DNA of 63,981 nucleotides, filler included. It is 14 parts of 14 records of this genome, joined end to end, with 100 filler letters (N's around TTAATTAATTAA, not from the genome) between each part and the next. Parts side by side here need not be neighbours in the genome. Positions count along the whole stretch, not along the records: positions 19,673 to 26,361 come from SRR15195285_1166; positions 26,462 to 32,415 come from SRR15195285_1167; positions 32,516 to 36,764 come from SRR15195285_1169; 11 more parts are not named here. The stretch is one strand, 5' to 3'. Position 1 is the first letter of the stretch; every line of letters begins with the position of its first letter. Shown piece after piece: positions 23,899 through 35,418 of the stretch. The notes under the pieces are model-generated. The model was not told the origin of the DNA. It saw only the letters and a program-made list of their open reading frames with translations, and did not search any database. A program made the position numbers and the translations under genes.

Positions 23899-24399
23899 AT
23901 GGGGAAAGCTTCGCGACGCCGCGGTACCGCCGCGTCCACGCCTGTTGCTGCGGCTCCGAGTGTGCCAGCCGCAGAGGCTAAGCCGGCGAAAGCTGGCCAC
24001 CTGGATCAATTTTTTCAACTCGACAGGTGGGAGCAAGTGGTACTAATGTTCATTTGCGTCAGCGTGACGATGAACTTTCTCGGGAACTATGTCCCAGGGT
24101 TGAACGTATTGATGGAAAGTCAGATGATCGGGTGCGCACTGTCGTCTGCAGCTATAAGCTATATCCCGCGTGTCTGCGCCTGATCTGCATGACGGACCGT
24201 TCGATATCGTCCCTCATCTTGTCGTCTCTTGTGTGCCACGCTCAGGTATGTTGGCAGTGCTGTATCAGTCACCGGCATGGCAGGGCTGGTCTACTCGTTG
24301 GTTGGACCCGGCAATCACGTGTCCAAAATAAAGGCAGCGCGCGCAAACAGGGACTCGCAGAGTGCCGAGGCGGCCCCGAAACGAAAGAACAAGCAGTAA
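23899..24399 (+). CDS. Small two-TM membrane protein of unknown function; 2 exons (intron 24132-24245)
   Basis: The spliced ORF runs from MGKASRRRG to ...KRKNKQ, with hydrophobic segments VVLMFICVSVTMNFL and YVGSAVSVTGMAGLVYSLV. Confidence 0.6.
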
Positions 24400-24947
24400 A
24401 TCTTGTGAAAACATGCTATCATTCGTTCGATCGTTCTCTCAACCCGGCACTCCTGCTGTAGCATGACCCCGCTGCCGAGGGCACAGTCTTCAAAATTATG
24501 AGCTGTAGTCGGCAACGGCTCATCTGACGCGAAGGCAGTGACTAGCCACAGCAGCTCGCATTGCGGCAATTGATTTGCAGGCGTTTGAATGTCTATGAAC
24601 TTTAGACCCCCGCAAATTAATCGCCAGAGGCGTTCCCGCCGTCATCTCGGCGTCAGTGCTCGGCGTCAGCGGTGAGAGCCCCACTTGGGGACTCCACAAG
24701 AACCTAGCCTGCTTTTAGATCCGCATAAATTTGCGCAAACGTACTGTTCGCAGCGAACGGCGTCGAGATGTGGCTTTCAAACTTCGAAGTGCTTAGGACC
24801 ACAATCATCATCTCTTGCACGCCGGCTAGAATATGTGAGAATTCCGGTGGATGAGAATGATTGTTGGGGACTCTCAAAGGCTCAGCTCACGGAACGGACC
24901 AGAGACCGGCACGACAGCTTCCATTTTTCGAAACCATACAGTCAGCG

Positions 24948-26249
24948 TTACCAGCGCATCTGCCCGAAGTTGCCGTCCATCGACTGCAGGTATGGAAAGC
25001 CGCTGAACAGGTCCGGCGGGCCAGCTGCCCCATAAGGTGCGGGCACCACGTCATCTGGCGTTAACTCAGACCATGTTCTCTTGGACATCAACCCCATCGC
25101 AGTGTGGGTCTCCTCTAGCAGCAGATCTAGTGCACGCACCAACCCCTGCTCGCCACCTGCGGACAGTGCGACCGCAGTGAGCCGTCCCAGTGCGACGGCA
25201 TCGGCACCAAGCGCCATCGCCTTAATGATGTCCGTGCCGCGAAGGAAACCGCCATCGATTACAACCTTAGCCCGCCCACCAACAGCTTTGACGATCTCAG
25301 GAAGGACAGCCATGGTGCCCTGCGTCTGATCTAGCTGACGACCCCCGTGGTTGCTCACCCACACGCCCTCACAACCCATCTCAACGCACCGTGCAGCATC
25401 AGCTCCCGTCATGATGCCTTTGATGAGTAGTGGGATCTGCGGCCACCGGCTTTTGAACCGTTCCAATTTTGCCCACGAGAACTGGCTCTGGTAGTCAAGC
25501 CCTTGAGCGCCGCCAGAAGCAGACCCAGCGGCCTTCTGATACCTGCTAGTGATCATGCCCTCTCGGCGCGACACGAGCTGAACGTCCACTGTGATGGCAA
25601 ATGCAGTGTATCCGGCCGCGATGGCACGGCGGGCATGATCGTCAACAAAATCGTCGTCCCCGCGGACGTACAGCTGGAAGATCTTGGGACCACTACACGA
25701 CGCTGCGGTGGCCTCCAAGCTGCTGGTGGGACCTGGCAGCAATCCATCAGCGAGGCTGCTCAGGCAGCTCATCACGCCAGACGTAGACGCGGCACGAGCA
25801 CAGGCGCAGGCTCCCTGCGAATCCCAGCGCAAGGCACCACCCATTGGCGCGGTAATGATCGGAAACGACAGCGTTGCTCCGAACAGCTCTATGCTCAGGT
25901 TGATGCTGCTGACATCCTCGAGCATACTCGGGCGAAGTGCCAGCGAATCCAGCTCGAGGCGGTTCCGGCGCACGGAGGCCTCGGCGTCGGATCCACCACG
26001 CATAAACTCCCAGTCCTGCTTGAGCAGCTTCGACTTCGCCATCGGTACCAGCTCGTGCAGCGCAGCGACTCGCTCGACCCACGCCGAATCCGCGAGAGCC
26101 GGTGGGATCGCGCCAGGTAGATGCGTGCGTGGACGAGCGGACGGCATCGTGGTCTCAAGGGCCGTCGCCGTCGCCACTTCGTCGTTCCGATCGCCCGACG
26201 CTGCGGCCGGGGCGATGAGGTGGCGTGCTGTGCGCACCAGCCGTTCCAT
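24948..26249 (-). CDS. FMN-dependent alpha-hydroxy acid oxidase/dehydrogenase (glycolate oxidase family) with N-terminal PTS2; intronless
   Basis: Motifs LRPSML.DVS, FPIITAPMG, FQLY, ITVD....RRE, LLIKGI, VSNHGGRQLD, IDGGFLRGTDIIKAMALGA. The N-terminus RLVRTARHL matches RLx5HL. Confidence 0.92.
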   Translation of the reverse strand: MERLVRTARHLIAPAAASGDRNDEVATATALETTMPSARPRTHLPGAIPPALADSAWVERVAALHELVPMAKSKLLKQDWEFMRGGSDAEASVRRNRLELDSLALRPSMLEDVSSINLSIELFGATLSFPIITAPMGGALRWDSQGACACARAASTSGVMSCLSSLADGLLPGPTSSLEATAASCSGPKIFQLYVRGDDDFVDDHARRAIAAGYTAFAITVDVQLVSRREGMITSRYQKAAGSASGGAQGLDYQSQFSWAKLERFKSRWPQIPLLIKGIMTGADAARCVEMGCEGVWVSNHGGRQLDQTQGTMAVLPEIVKAVGGRAKVVIDGGFLRGTDIIKAMALGADAVALGRLTAVALSAGGEQGLVRALDLLLEETHTAMGLMSKRTWSELTPDDVVPAPYGAAGPPDLFSGFPYLQSMDGNFGQMRW

Positions 26250-26461
26250 AGCTCGCAAAGCGTCGCGCGCCACGTCGCGCACGTCCCGCACACCTACGCG
26301 CTAAAGCGCCTATGCATGCGGGGCCCACCATATGCAAATTGCCGACTCGGCATTTTGCAAANNNNNNNNNNNNNNNNNNNNNNNNNNNNNNNNNNNNNNN
26401 NNNNNTTAATTAATTAANNNNNNNNNNNNNNNNNNNNNNNNNNNNNNNNNNNNNNNNNNNN

Positions 26462-26485
26462 ATAAGGCCCTTATGCCCGGTGTCA
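26462..26485. repeat. Half of a palindromic element, identical in reverse complement to 53915-53938
   Basis: ATAAGGCCCTTATGCCCGGTGTCA is the reverse complement of TGACACCGGGCATAAGGGCCTTAT. Confidence 0.8.
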
Positions 26486-26658
26486 GTCGCAGCCGGCCCC
26501 CAAGATTAGTTATCCGTAACGGCGTGAAAATGATGTCAATCAAAAATTATGAGCATCGACATACGGGCGCCAAGATAGTCCTCGCGCCCAACCCCCTTAC
26601 TACAATCATGTAGAGCTAGCATCGCGGCGGCGGCCTGCTGTTCCCACAACCTGGCTCA

Positions 26659-28854
26659 CTACATTGTCACGCGTGGCGGGACCGCAAATGATTTGACCAA
26701 CTCTTCTGCCCTTGCGCCCACGACTACCAGAGCCACTTCTCCATTGCTCAACGCTAGCTTCACATCGATTGTGCTGTGGTTAAGGACGGCCACCATCTGC
26801 GTGGTCACATGTGGAGATAACAGCGGTGCCTCCCCACTGTTCGGTATGCGAGCCACTGCAACGGTGACGTTCTGCACCGAGTTTACTCTCGCAGTTCCAA
26901 CAGGTGCACCGCTCACAACCGATGCGGGGACATCCTCGAATCTCAAGAGTGTATGGTTGTCTCTGCGGGTCCCGGCCGCTCCACACGAAGCCCCAGCGCT
27001 TCCATCCTCCCCCAACTTGCCAATCACTGCAGATATCCTCGCGCCATCTGCTGAGAGAGCAGCAACGCCATTCGCGGACTCGCTTCCGTTCACCACGAGG
27101 AGAGTCCCATTTACGGCAGAGTAGGATTTGTACGCCCACCACACAGACCGAGGAAGCTCTTTACCATCGCTCGTGAGCAGCCCGTCCAGTGACATCGATC
27201 CATGCACACCCTTCGAGTCGTGCTGTCCACAATTGTAGCAAAGGCCAGAAAATGCATCAGGCACCGCGCCTGGTGGACAGGCCGAGGCCCAACAGGAGTG
27301 GCAGGCGGAGTCCACAGCAGCACGTTCGAGGTTTGCAAAGAAAAAGACGTGCACCGCCGGATTGAAGTTAGATCCCATTGGTACCATCTCGTTAATCGAG
27401 ATGCCCGTCTCCGACGCTCCGAACTCTGTCAGCAGACGACGTGCTGCATCCACATGTTCCCTACGCAAAATAAAGTGGAACGCTTGCATCAGCAGATCTA
27501 AAGACTAAATCCCGCGCAGGGATAGAATTAACCATCACGGCGATGGATAAAAATCGCGCTATTGCAAATGATAGAGAGCATGAGCGAAATGCGAGGCCTG
27601 GTTCCAATCAACGCACGGGATGTCTTTACCATCCGCCGAAAATTCGTGCCAGCTCAGCACATCGGGAAGCGTCTTTGGCTCCGATTCATTGGCAGAGGTA
27701 AGAAAGGCTCGAAAAAACTCGAGGTCGAAGCTGCTGGTGGAAGGGCCAACGACTGTGACTGCTGGTCGCACACGCTTGGCTGCAATGACGGCATTGCTCC
27801 ACATGTCCAAGTACTGGCTGAAGTTTCGATTCCAAAAGTATCCTGGTGAAGTTCCGGGCTCATTCCACACCTGCCAGCCAATATTCGCATTTAAGTCAGT
27901 CAGGTACAGATACTGTAGTCGTGGTATCAAAGAAATCTTGATTGGAGCAGGTACATCAAATGTCACCCCATCGGGTGCTGCAGAGACGATATCAGTGACC
28001 CACTGCTGCCATAGCCTCCAATTACCGCCATCACCAGGCCAGCACCCTGGCGCAGCGCAGTGACCGGAGACGAGGCTCTTGAATGAATTCTCTCCAGTGA
28101 TATTCTGGACCCAGAGATCCGGCAAGAGTGACTGTACGGTGGTGAAACCGAGGGCACGGAGCCGAGAGTACTGCGCTGGGAGATGGTCCCAGTCTCCGCG
28201 GTGAGCACTCAGCCGCAAGGGTGCAACCATGTCACCATGAGGATGAGTCTCATTCAAACTAAGCAGCACGCCTGCCGCGACGCGAGATGTACTGCGGCAG
28301 CCACTACCGTCATTGCCAGTGGTCGTGGCGGTCTTGCCATGCCGGGCCAAGCAGGCGCGCGCACTGACGGTCACGCTGGCGGCGGTGGCAGATTGCGCTT
28401 GGGGATCTGGGCAGGTTTTCGGGTTGCGCAGGTGACTGCACCCGGAGAACTCGTCTACCATGGGTGTAAGGATCCACGTTGTGTCGCGCCGCCCGTAACA
28501 CCGCAGTTTCCAGTCTTGGTGCGTCGGAGAAACGTGTGGAGATGGACCCGACCACAAAAACGCGTTGCAGCTGTGATCTGCCTCGCACGCAGCCCTGCAC
28601 TGTAGAGCGCTGCGCTTCTCGCCGTAGAACGGGATTACCGACGTGCCGTTGAATTTCGCATCGGCGTAGCCTGCGGAAAAGCCTGAGCAGCTCCACCACT
28701 CGTCGCCGCCGCCAAGATCCGTACTGCCGAGGCTATGAATACTGGTACGTGGTGCTGAAAGGTGCAGGTGGGCGCCGGCGGCATGGAAAACTACTAGCAG
28801 CAGCGCACTGCTGTCGAGGCGCTGCTGGAGCTTGGTGTTGCTGCTGGCCGACAT
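26659..28854 (-). CDS. Secreted clan-A glycoside hydrolase (GH39-like) with N-terminal PAN/Apple domain; multi-exon
   Basis: Hydrophobic leader. PAN motif: CRAACEADHSCNAFLW...CYGR. GH-A motifs: VWNEP (acid/base), VVGPS, VLSWHE, ISINEM (nucleophile), PRSVWWAYKSY. Confidence 0.75.
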
Positions 28855-29257
28855 CACGCAGCGATCGTTCGCCCGCCGCGCGCCGGCGGGCACTGTACTA
28901 GATCTAGTACGTCGACGTCGCGCCTTGACGACGCTTGTATCGTATACTAGTAGGCACGACGCCGCACATGAGACATGTCATGACCTCCGTCCCGCCGCGC
29001 GCGCCGGTATGTGCACTTCTCTGCTCTGCAGCTGTGCGCGCGCGCCGCGGCGTCCGTCTCCCGGCGCGGCGCCCACTAGCGCGCTATCAACCTAGCCGGG
29101 CTTGGGGCAACGTCCGGTCGGCGTACGCGAGGCTGCACCGCGGCACCGCGTACGCGTACAGCGTACCCCCGGGTACTGGTCGGCCGTACGCGCAGCGGCG
29201 CGTGGTCGCCGTCATCCGCCTACGTAATCTACAGCGCTGAGACCTTTCGGAGCCGCA

Positions 29258-32077
29258 ATGAATTGTGCACTACAGACAAGGAGGGGCGTCCTCACGCTGA
29301 TGGTGCTCATCAACACCATCGCAGCCTACCCGGGACCGTACCTACTGGCTCCAGTCAATACAAGTTTGTCCTCATCTGCAGCAGGGCGTGCTACAGCTGT
29401 AGTTCCCTCCGTCTTGCTTGCGTGGATTCGTTCGTTTGTTCATCTGATTTCCGTTGGAATTTGCTAGTATGTTCCGATTAGGAGACTTCGTTGATGATTG
29501 GTTGGTGCGCCGCTGCAGGTACCCACCTGGTGGCTCGTGCAACACCCTTGGGCAGCCAGTTCTCTGTATAGGTGCACCAATCTCTTCGAATGCGGTGCTG
29601 CAGCGTGAACCTGCCAAGGCAGCCATCACTGGCAGCGTGCCACCAGGCTGGGGTGCCGCACGGATGACCGTCACTGTCACGCTGGTGGACGAGGATGGTG
29701 GTGCGAAGGGCGCGAGTGTTGCGACTGATGTTCGACCCGACAACACGTGGAAGGTGCTGCTACCGCCACGCCCGGCGTTTGGCAACTATAGCCTCACTGC
29801 CACCTGCACCACTGGGTGCTCCGGTCCGAACGCTACTGCGTCTAAGGCACTCGTGAATCTTACCTTCGGCGACGTTTACGTTTGCGCTGGCCAGAGCAAC
29901 ATGCAGCTAATGCTCGACTACACGTTCGAGCGTAATGCTTCCATTGCTGCGATTAGGGGCGGGAACTATTCCAACATCCGACTTTTTGCTGGCCCTATGA
30001 ACTTTGACTTCGGCACAAATCGGACCGACATCTGGGTGATCAAAGGTGGTGACAACGATGCCGACCAAACGAAGCAAAATCGAAACCAGCTCACCACAGG
30101 CGGGTGGCGTTTGCCCAGTGATCTCGTCTCGGACATACCCAACGGCCACAACTTGCCGCCGTGGTACGTTGCCACAGAGTTCGGCAAGTTCTACGCCACG
30201 TGCTGGTACACGTTCGAGGCTCTCACTGACTCTCTGATCAGCGAGGGGAAGACGCCACCTCCGTTTGGACTGATGGCTGTGGCAGTCGGAGGGACCAAGA
30301 TTGCCCAGTGGGTGGCGTGGGGCGCCCAAGCGGAATGCCGGAACGTGACGTGCTGCGACACTCCCGACTGCACCCAGAGCCCACCTTACCAGAATGGCCC
30401 GAACCCGTATCAGCCGATTACTCACACTAATTGCTCGGGCAACGCCCAGCTCTACAACGGGCTAATCGCACCGCTTGTAAACACCACGATATCTGGATGG
30501 TTGTTCTACCAGGGAGAGAACTCGCTGTGCTACGACGCAGGTAACTATCAAGAAAACACTGGCTATGCTTGCATGATGGCGAAGCTAGTGTCGTCGTGGC
30601 GCAAGATATGGTCCGTTGCGCCTGTGAGTTGGCCAGTAGTTCTCCATCACCCACTCGCCAAAGGGCCGTACTGATCCACTCGCCTGGCGCACATGCGCCG
30701 GTTACCAGGGAACTACTGATCCACTTGCTCCCTTTGGAGTGGTTTCCCTCGCGGACGGCACCGACGAGTCATTTGGCATCAATATGCGAATGTTCCGCTG
30801 GTGCGCATGCCCAAGGTCGCTCTTGTGCCGTTTGGATAGTCCTAACGACTAGACGTTCATCTCGTTTCCAACTAGTGAGTATACTGTGAGAGTCAGTTCA
30901 TGGGACGCTTTTGCCTACGGTTGTGGCAGGGCGCAAACCGCCAATTACGGCATGCTCCCCAACCCCGCCATGCCGCGGAGTTTTCTTGCGGACAGTTTCG
31001 ACCTTGGCGACCCGTGGCATACTCCACAGTGCGGTACTAACGGCACATACGGTGGCGGGCCTTCCACGGGTCAGATGTGTTGTGTGGATGAGGAGGCTCC
31101 ACTTGGTGCCCTCTGCAAAGGCGACCATCGTGGCTTGTGGGCTCTCAATGACACACGTGACTGGGCAGACCTCGGCACGTTGCACCCACGGATGAAGAAG
31201 CCAATTGGACGGCGTCTTGCGGCTGGACTGCATGCTACTGCATACAACGGTAGCGGACCTGTCAGTGGGCCTGTCCTTGCCGGTTGCAGTGTCGAGGAGC
31301 AAGGGCGCATACTAAGCCTGAGGTTCAATACGGCGCTACTCAAGGGTCAGGGCGTGCTCTTCAATGATTCTTCGACCGTTGCAAAGGAAGACACCGCGCT
31401 GTATGTTCTCTGCAGCCAGCTCACACTCCGTGCGGAGTTTGTGTCGGTGGCGGTTGAATCGCCTGACATGGGGATGGTGATGCAGGTACGTGCTGGTGAA
31501 TGACTCGGCATTTGAGAACGAATGGACAAACGAGATTGTATCGAACCACCAGCCGCCACCATGCCGCGGCGGCGACTGCCCGAACCAGATGCATGGCAGA
31601 TACCTCGGCCCGTTTTCCGACGGCAATGAGATGGGACTCACTGGCTGGGTTGCTGTAGCCGCAACGACGAAGCAGCCAAAGGCGCAGCAGGGGGAGCTGC
31701 TCATCGACCTGAGTGCGATACCGCTTGGCAAGACGATCAGCGCAGTGCGCTACGGTGCTGGGAGTGGGGGCTGCAACAGCACAACTGGACAATACCTTGC
31801 GCGCGGACTTGGTCAGTCCTAAGCATTCATTCTTGTGGCTGTTGTTGTGTGCGGAATTGTAGCTCACGAGATAACTGACCACAACTGTTTTTGAGCGACA
31901 GGGTCTTCTCGAATTTGCTGTGGGCCAACAGTGGACCCTGCGCTGGAGCCATGCCCGCCGACACGCTGTCCAATCAAAGCTGACGGTGCCGATCAATTAC
32001 CAGCGACGCCATTCTTTGCACGCATTACCAAAGTGGGGAAATGCAAATGCTTCGCGCCCCAAGTATGTGACGCATAA
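29258..32077 (+). CDS. Secreted sialate O-acetylesterase (SGNH/SASA family); multi-exon
   Basis: Signal peptide. Motifs ISSNAVLQR.P, WKVLLPP, FGDVYVCAGQSNM, FYATCWY, AVGGTKI..W, LYNGLIAP, WLFYQGEN, LHPRMKKPIGRRLA, and a Cys-rich C-terminus. Confidence 0.9.
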
Positions 32078-32266
32078 AGAACTGCTCATGCATGGCTCAG
32101 TTTTCAAACTTGTCGAAAGGTCAGATTCACTCGTACCCTCGCTTGCAAGCAGCGCAAGCAGCCCGTGCAGCAGAAGTCTCTGCGCCGCTCTTCCGAGCCC
32201 CCACAGGCGTCCTAAGCCTTATATGAGTCGGCTAGGGGTATAGATTGCGATCTATGAAAATTGTAG

Positions 32267-32415
32267 CAGTGCCCAGGTTGAACTGATGCATTCCAATGAA
32301 ATTCTCATTCTGATTCTGATATGATATAACTCTCGTTCACCTACCGTGTACACGTACTGTGCGCTCACACAAAAACCAAAAAAAACCCAGGTCGATTCTC
32401 ACATAGCGGCTACGA
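32267..32415. mobile_element. Probable end of non-autonomous DNA transposon (TIR CAGTGCCCAGGTTG), truncated at contig end
   Basis: The 14-mer at 32267-32280 is the exact reverse complement of 60232-60245. It is followed by AT-rich sequence up to the contig break. Confidence 0.5.
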
Positions 32416-32797
32416 NNNNNNNNNNNNNNNNNNNNNNNNNNNNNNNNNNNNNNNNNNNNTTAATTAATTAANNNNNNNNNNNNNNNNNNNNNNNNNNNNN
32501 NNNNNNNNNNNNNNNAGCTCTAGTTTGAGATCTACTATTATATACTCTTCATGAGTACCCGGTAGTACTATGAATAGTAGTATAACATTTGCGAAAACGC
32601 ACGCCGGCGGTCGCACGCACGCACCGGCCGGGCCGACCGGCGCCGCACGCGCGCCGTCGTCACCCCGGAGCGCCGCCCAGCCGATGGTGGCTGGCTGGCT
32701 GGCTGGCTGAGAAGCCCAACCATTCGACAGATAAGCTTGAGAAAGACAGAGAAAGAGCTGATAATCTACCCTCCGATTCCTGGATTCCCGGATATAT

Positions 32798-35271
32798 ATG
32801 GATCTTAGCACGGAGAACCAGAGCGGCGCTCTGCTTGCTGGACCGCCGGAGCCGACACGGAGCGGGAACTCGTCGGGGTCGCCGGAAGAATTCAGTTTTG
32901 TCACCAACGACGATATTGTCAAGGCGCGAGCTTACGTCAACCAGCTCAAGGTCAGAATTGAGGTGGCCTGCACTGGGACGGACGTGCAGACATGCCTCAA
33001 CGCTCTCGAGGAGGCCGAGGATCTGGACGATGGTGATGCAAGCATTATCGGCGAGGACTTGATCAGTCGCCTTGAGCTGCACGTGGAATCGCTGAGCATC
33101 AAATCACCGACGGAGCAAACGGACGAACAGGATGATCCAGATCGGGCACTTGAACCCGATCTAACGCCGTTGCCTGCCCCGCCAGCTCACATCGCGATGA
33201 GAAACCTGAAGTCAGCCTTGACAGCAATCGGTGCAGCACACCAGTTCGCAGATATTGCACAGCATAGGGCAGCAGACGCCGAAGTTAAACAGCAGAGACA
33301 GTCCGTAGCAGCACGAGTCACGCAGCTGCTGGAAGTCCTGGAAAAGCAGCTCGACGAGGGATCAGAAGCAGCAACTGAAGTGTTGTCATCAGCTGCGGTG
33401 GCAATGGCAGAGCTGCTGATTCATGGCTTCGCAAACCCCGCCGCCCGCAAAGACGCCCACGGTTTCCACCCACGCTGCGGGTCACGGCTGGATGGGACGA
33501 TGTATCGTAGAGTCAGTCTCATCCTTGCTCGCTTGATGGATTCGGATGATCCTTTTTCAGTTTTCGGTGCCGCTTGGGGTTCGGGGCGGCTTGCAGCACT
33601 CTGGGCCTCGGAGGATAGTGTGATCGCCCGAGCACTAAGCAAACCTCAGAAATTCTGCGCTGAGGATGCGCTCAACTATGCTTGCCTCTATGCTGCAGAC
33701 TGCCGCGTGTCAGGCAGCTGGGCCAAGCGCAGCCAAGCCATCGGCCTGAGCACAGCCGACTTAGTGAAGTTGTACGTCGATGCAGAGCCACTAGTTAGCC
33801 AAATGAAGATGAGCAGTGACGATGCGCCGATCCAAATGGTTGGGCTTCTGCTCAACCTGATTCGCTCGGGCGGCATTCCAGAGCTCGCCATCGGTGGAGC
33901 ATGGTGCGTCGAAACAACACTCTGAGCGCCACGCTGCACCTGCACTGCTCTTCCGTGGTTCAGTCGTGACTGACCTTGATGTGCTGTTGCCACTGTCACT
34001 CGCCACAGGAGAGCTGTAGTGAATTGCGTGTTCGGACGACCAGCAGTAGGTAGATACGCGTCCGAATGTGGCGTTTTTGAGCTTATCGTGAAGTCTCTCA
34101 GGACAATCGGTGAACCAATAGACTGGCTTGTATTTGAGAAACGCCGTGGTGGAGACGCACGCGTCGTTTGGGCGACTCAAGTGGCCGCAATCATCCTCCG
34201 GGCGGAGCTCAGCCAGACCTACAAAACTGACGCGTCTTTCAAGCAGTCTGGTTTGATTCAGGAGTTCATCAAAGTGGTCGGCGTCCTTGATGCTTTGCGC
34301 CGGAAGCGCCGTAATTTTGCTAAGCTGACTGTCAACACCGGTGACAGCAATGGGAGTAGTACGGTCGCACCAACAGATGCCCTTGGTGCGGATGGAGATA
34401 AATTGCCATATTCTATGGCTCTGTACTTCATTCTCTCTGCATTAAGCGATCACTCGCACGACGCGGAGGTTGATAAGCTGCTGAAAATTTTGCAATTGAC
34501 GAAAGAATTTGCATCTGATGCTGCATTTGGTAAGATACGAGCGGCGTCCCACCTGCAGTTTGCTTCGCCCCTTCGATGTCTGCATCTGCGCAGCATCACT
34601 AACTGTATTCAATTGCCGCTGGTTGGTGGCTGGCTCAGCCAGTGAGCTGCAACGACAGTACCAGCAGACGCTCGAAGATTCGCGCCTCGAGTCAAGCCGG
34701 CAGGCAGCAACAGCCAGGGCAAAGCCTGTTGAGCAACAAGCACGGAAGAGCTGGGACGTGTCTGAGATTAAAAAACGGGATGTGGGCAAGGCACAAAAGT
34801 GTTACAACCACGCGTTGGCTCTCGATCCGAACAACAAGGAGTTGCGTGCGAAGGTTCGAGTGGTAGACGCGGCCCGATACGCTGAAAAACAGAGATGTCC
34901 GTCCAAAATTGTGCAATATGCATCTACCTGTGTGCCTGTGCTTGCTTTTGTGCGCTGCATGAGTTGGTTCGTTTGTACTATCGATGCTGCCGGTTGCTAC
35001 AAGTGACCACCGTGCCCTGACTGGTGCACGAGCAGGGCGCCGGCGTATTTCAAAGAGTGCGGTAAAACCAAAGCTCGACCTCTGCCCTCGGCTTGGCACT
35101 GCGACTACTTATCGCCCTGCAGTCGTGGAGGAGTCAAAGGTACATAGTGCAATCAAGGCTGAAATACGAGAGGGTTCTGGGCATCACGTCCGCGGCTACA
35201 TCGCACCCACGCATGGCTGGCCTGAGACGTCGAGGCAGCCATTACGTGGCACCTTTGAGAGAGTATCCTAG
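32798..35271 (+). CDS. Hypothetical alpha-helical (ARM-like) protein with a C-terminal TPR-like motif; multi-exon, model uncertain
   Basis: ORFs 32798, 34019, 34509 and 34984 are separated by GT-AG introns. TPR-like motif: KAQKCYNHALALDPNN. Confidence 0.5.
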
Positions 35272-35418
35272 GTGTGAGATTTTGAACCCCATGTAGTCAT
35301 TATGCATGACTGTGTGCCTGGGTGACAAAATTGTTCGCCAAAGAGATATGGATCACGACATCTTGTATTGTCATCTGTTTTACAAGCAACATGTAGCTGT
35401 GAGAGATTCGAAATGCAT

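Noticed and set aside
24560-24947. Intergenic stretch examined for snRNA, tRNA or SINE
   Set aside because: No cloverleaf, A/B box or Sm-site pattern was recognised; it is probably overlapping 3' UTRs.
29338-29518. Similar sequence at intron donor and after acceptor (GTACCTAC / GTACCCAC) as an introner TSD
   Set aside because: It is explained by the common AG|GT proto-splice context, and no shared intron sequences were found among the introns in the window.
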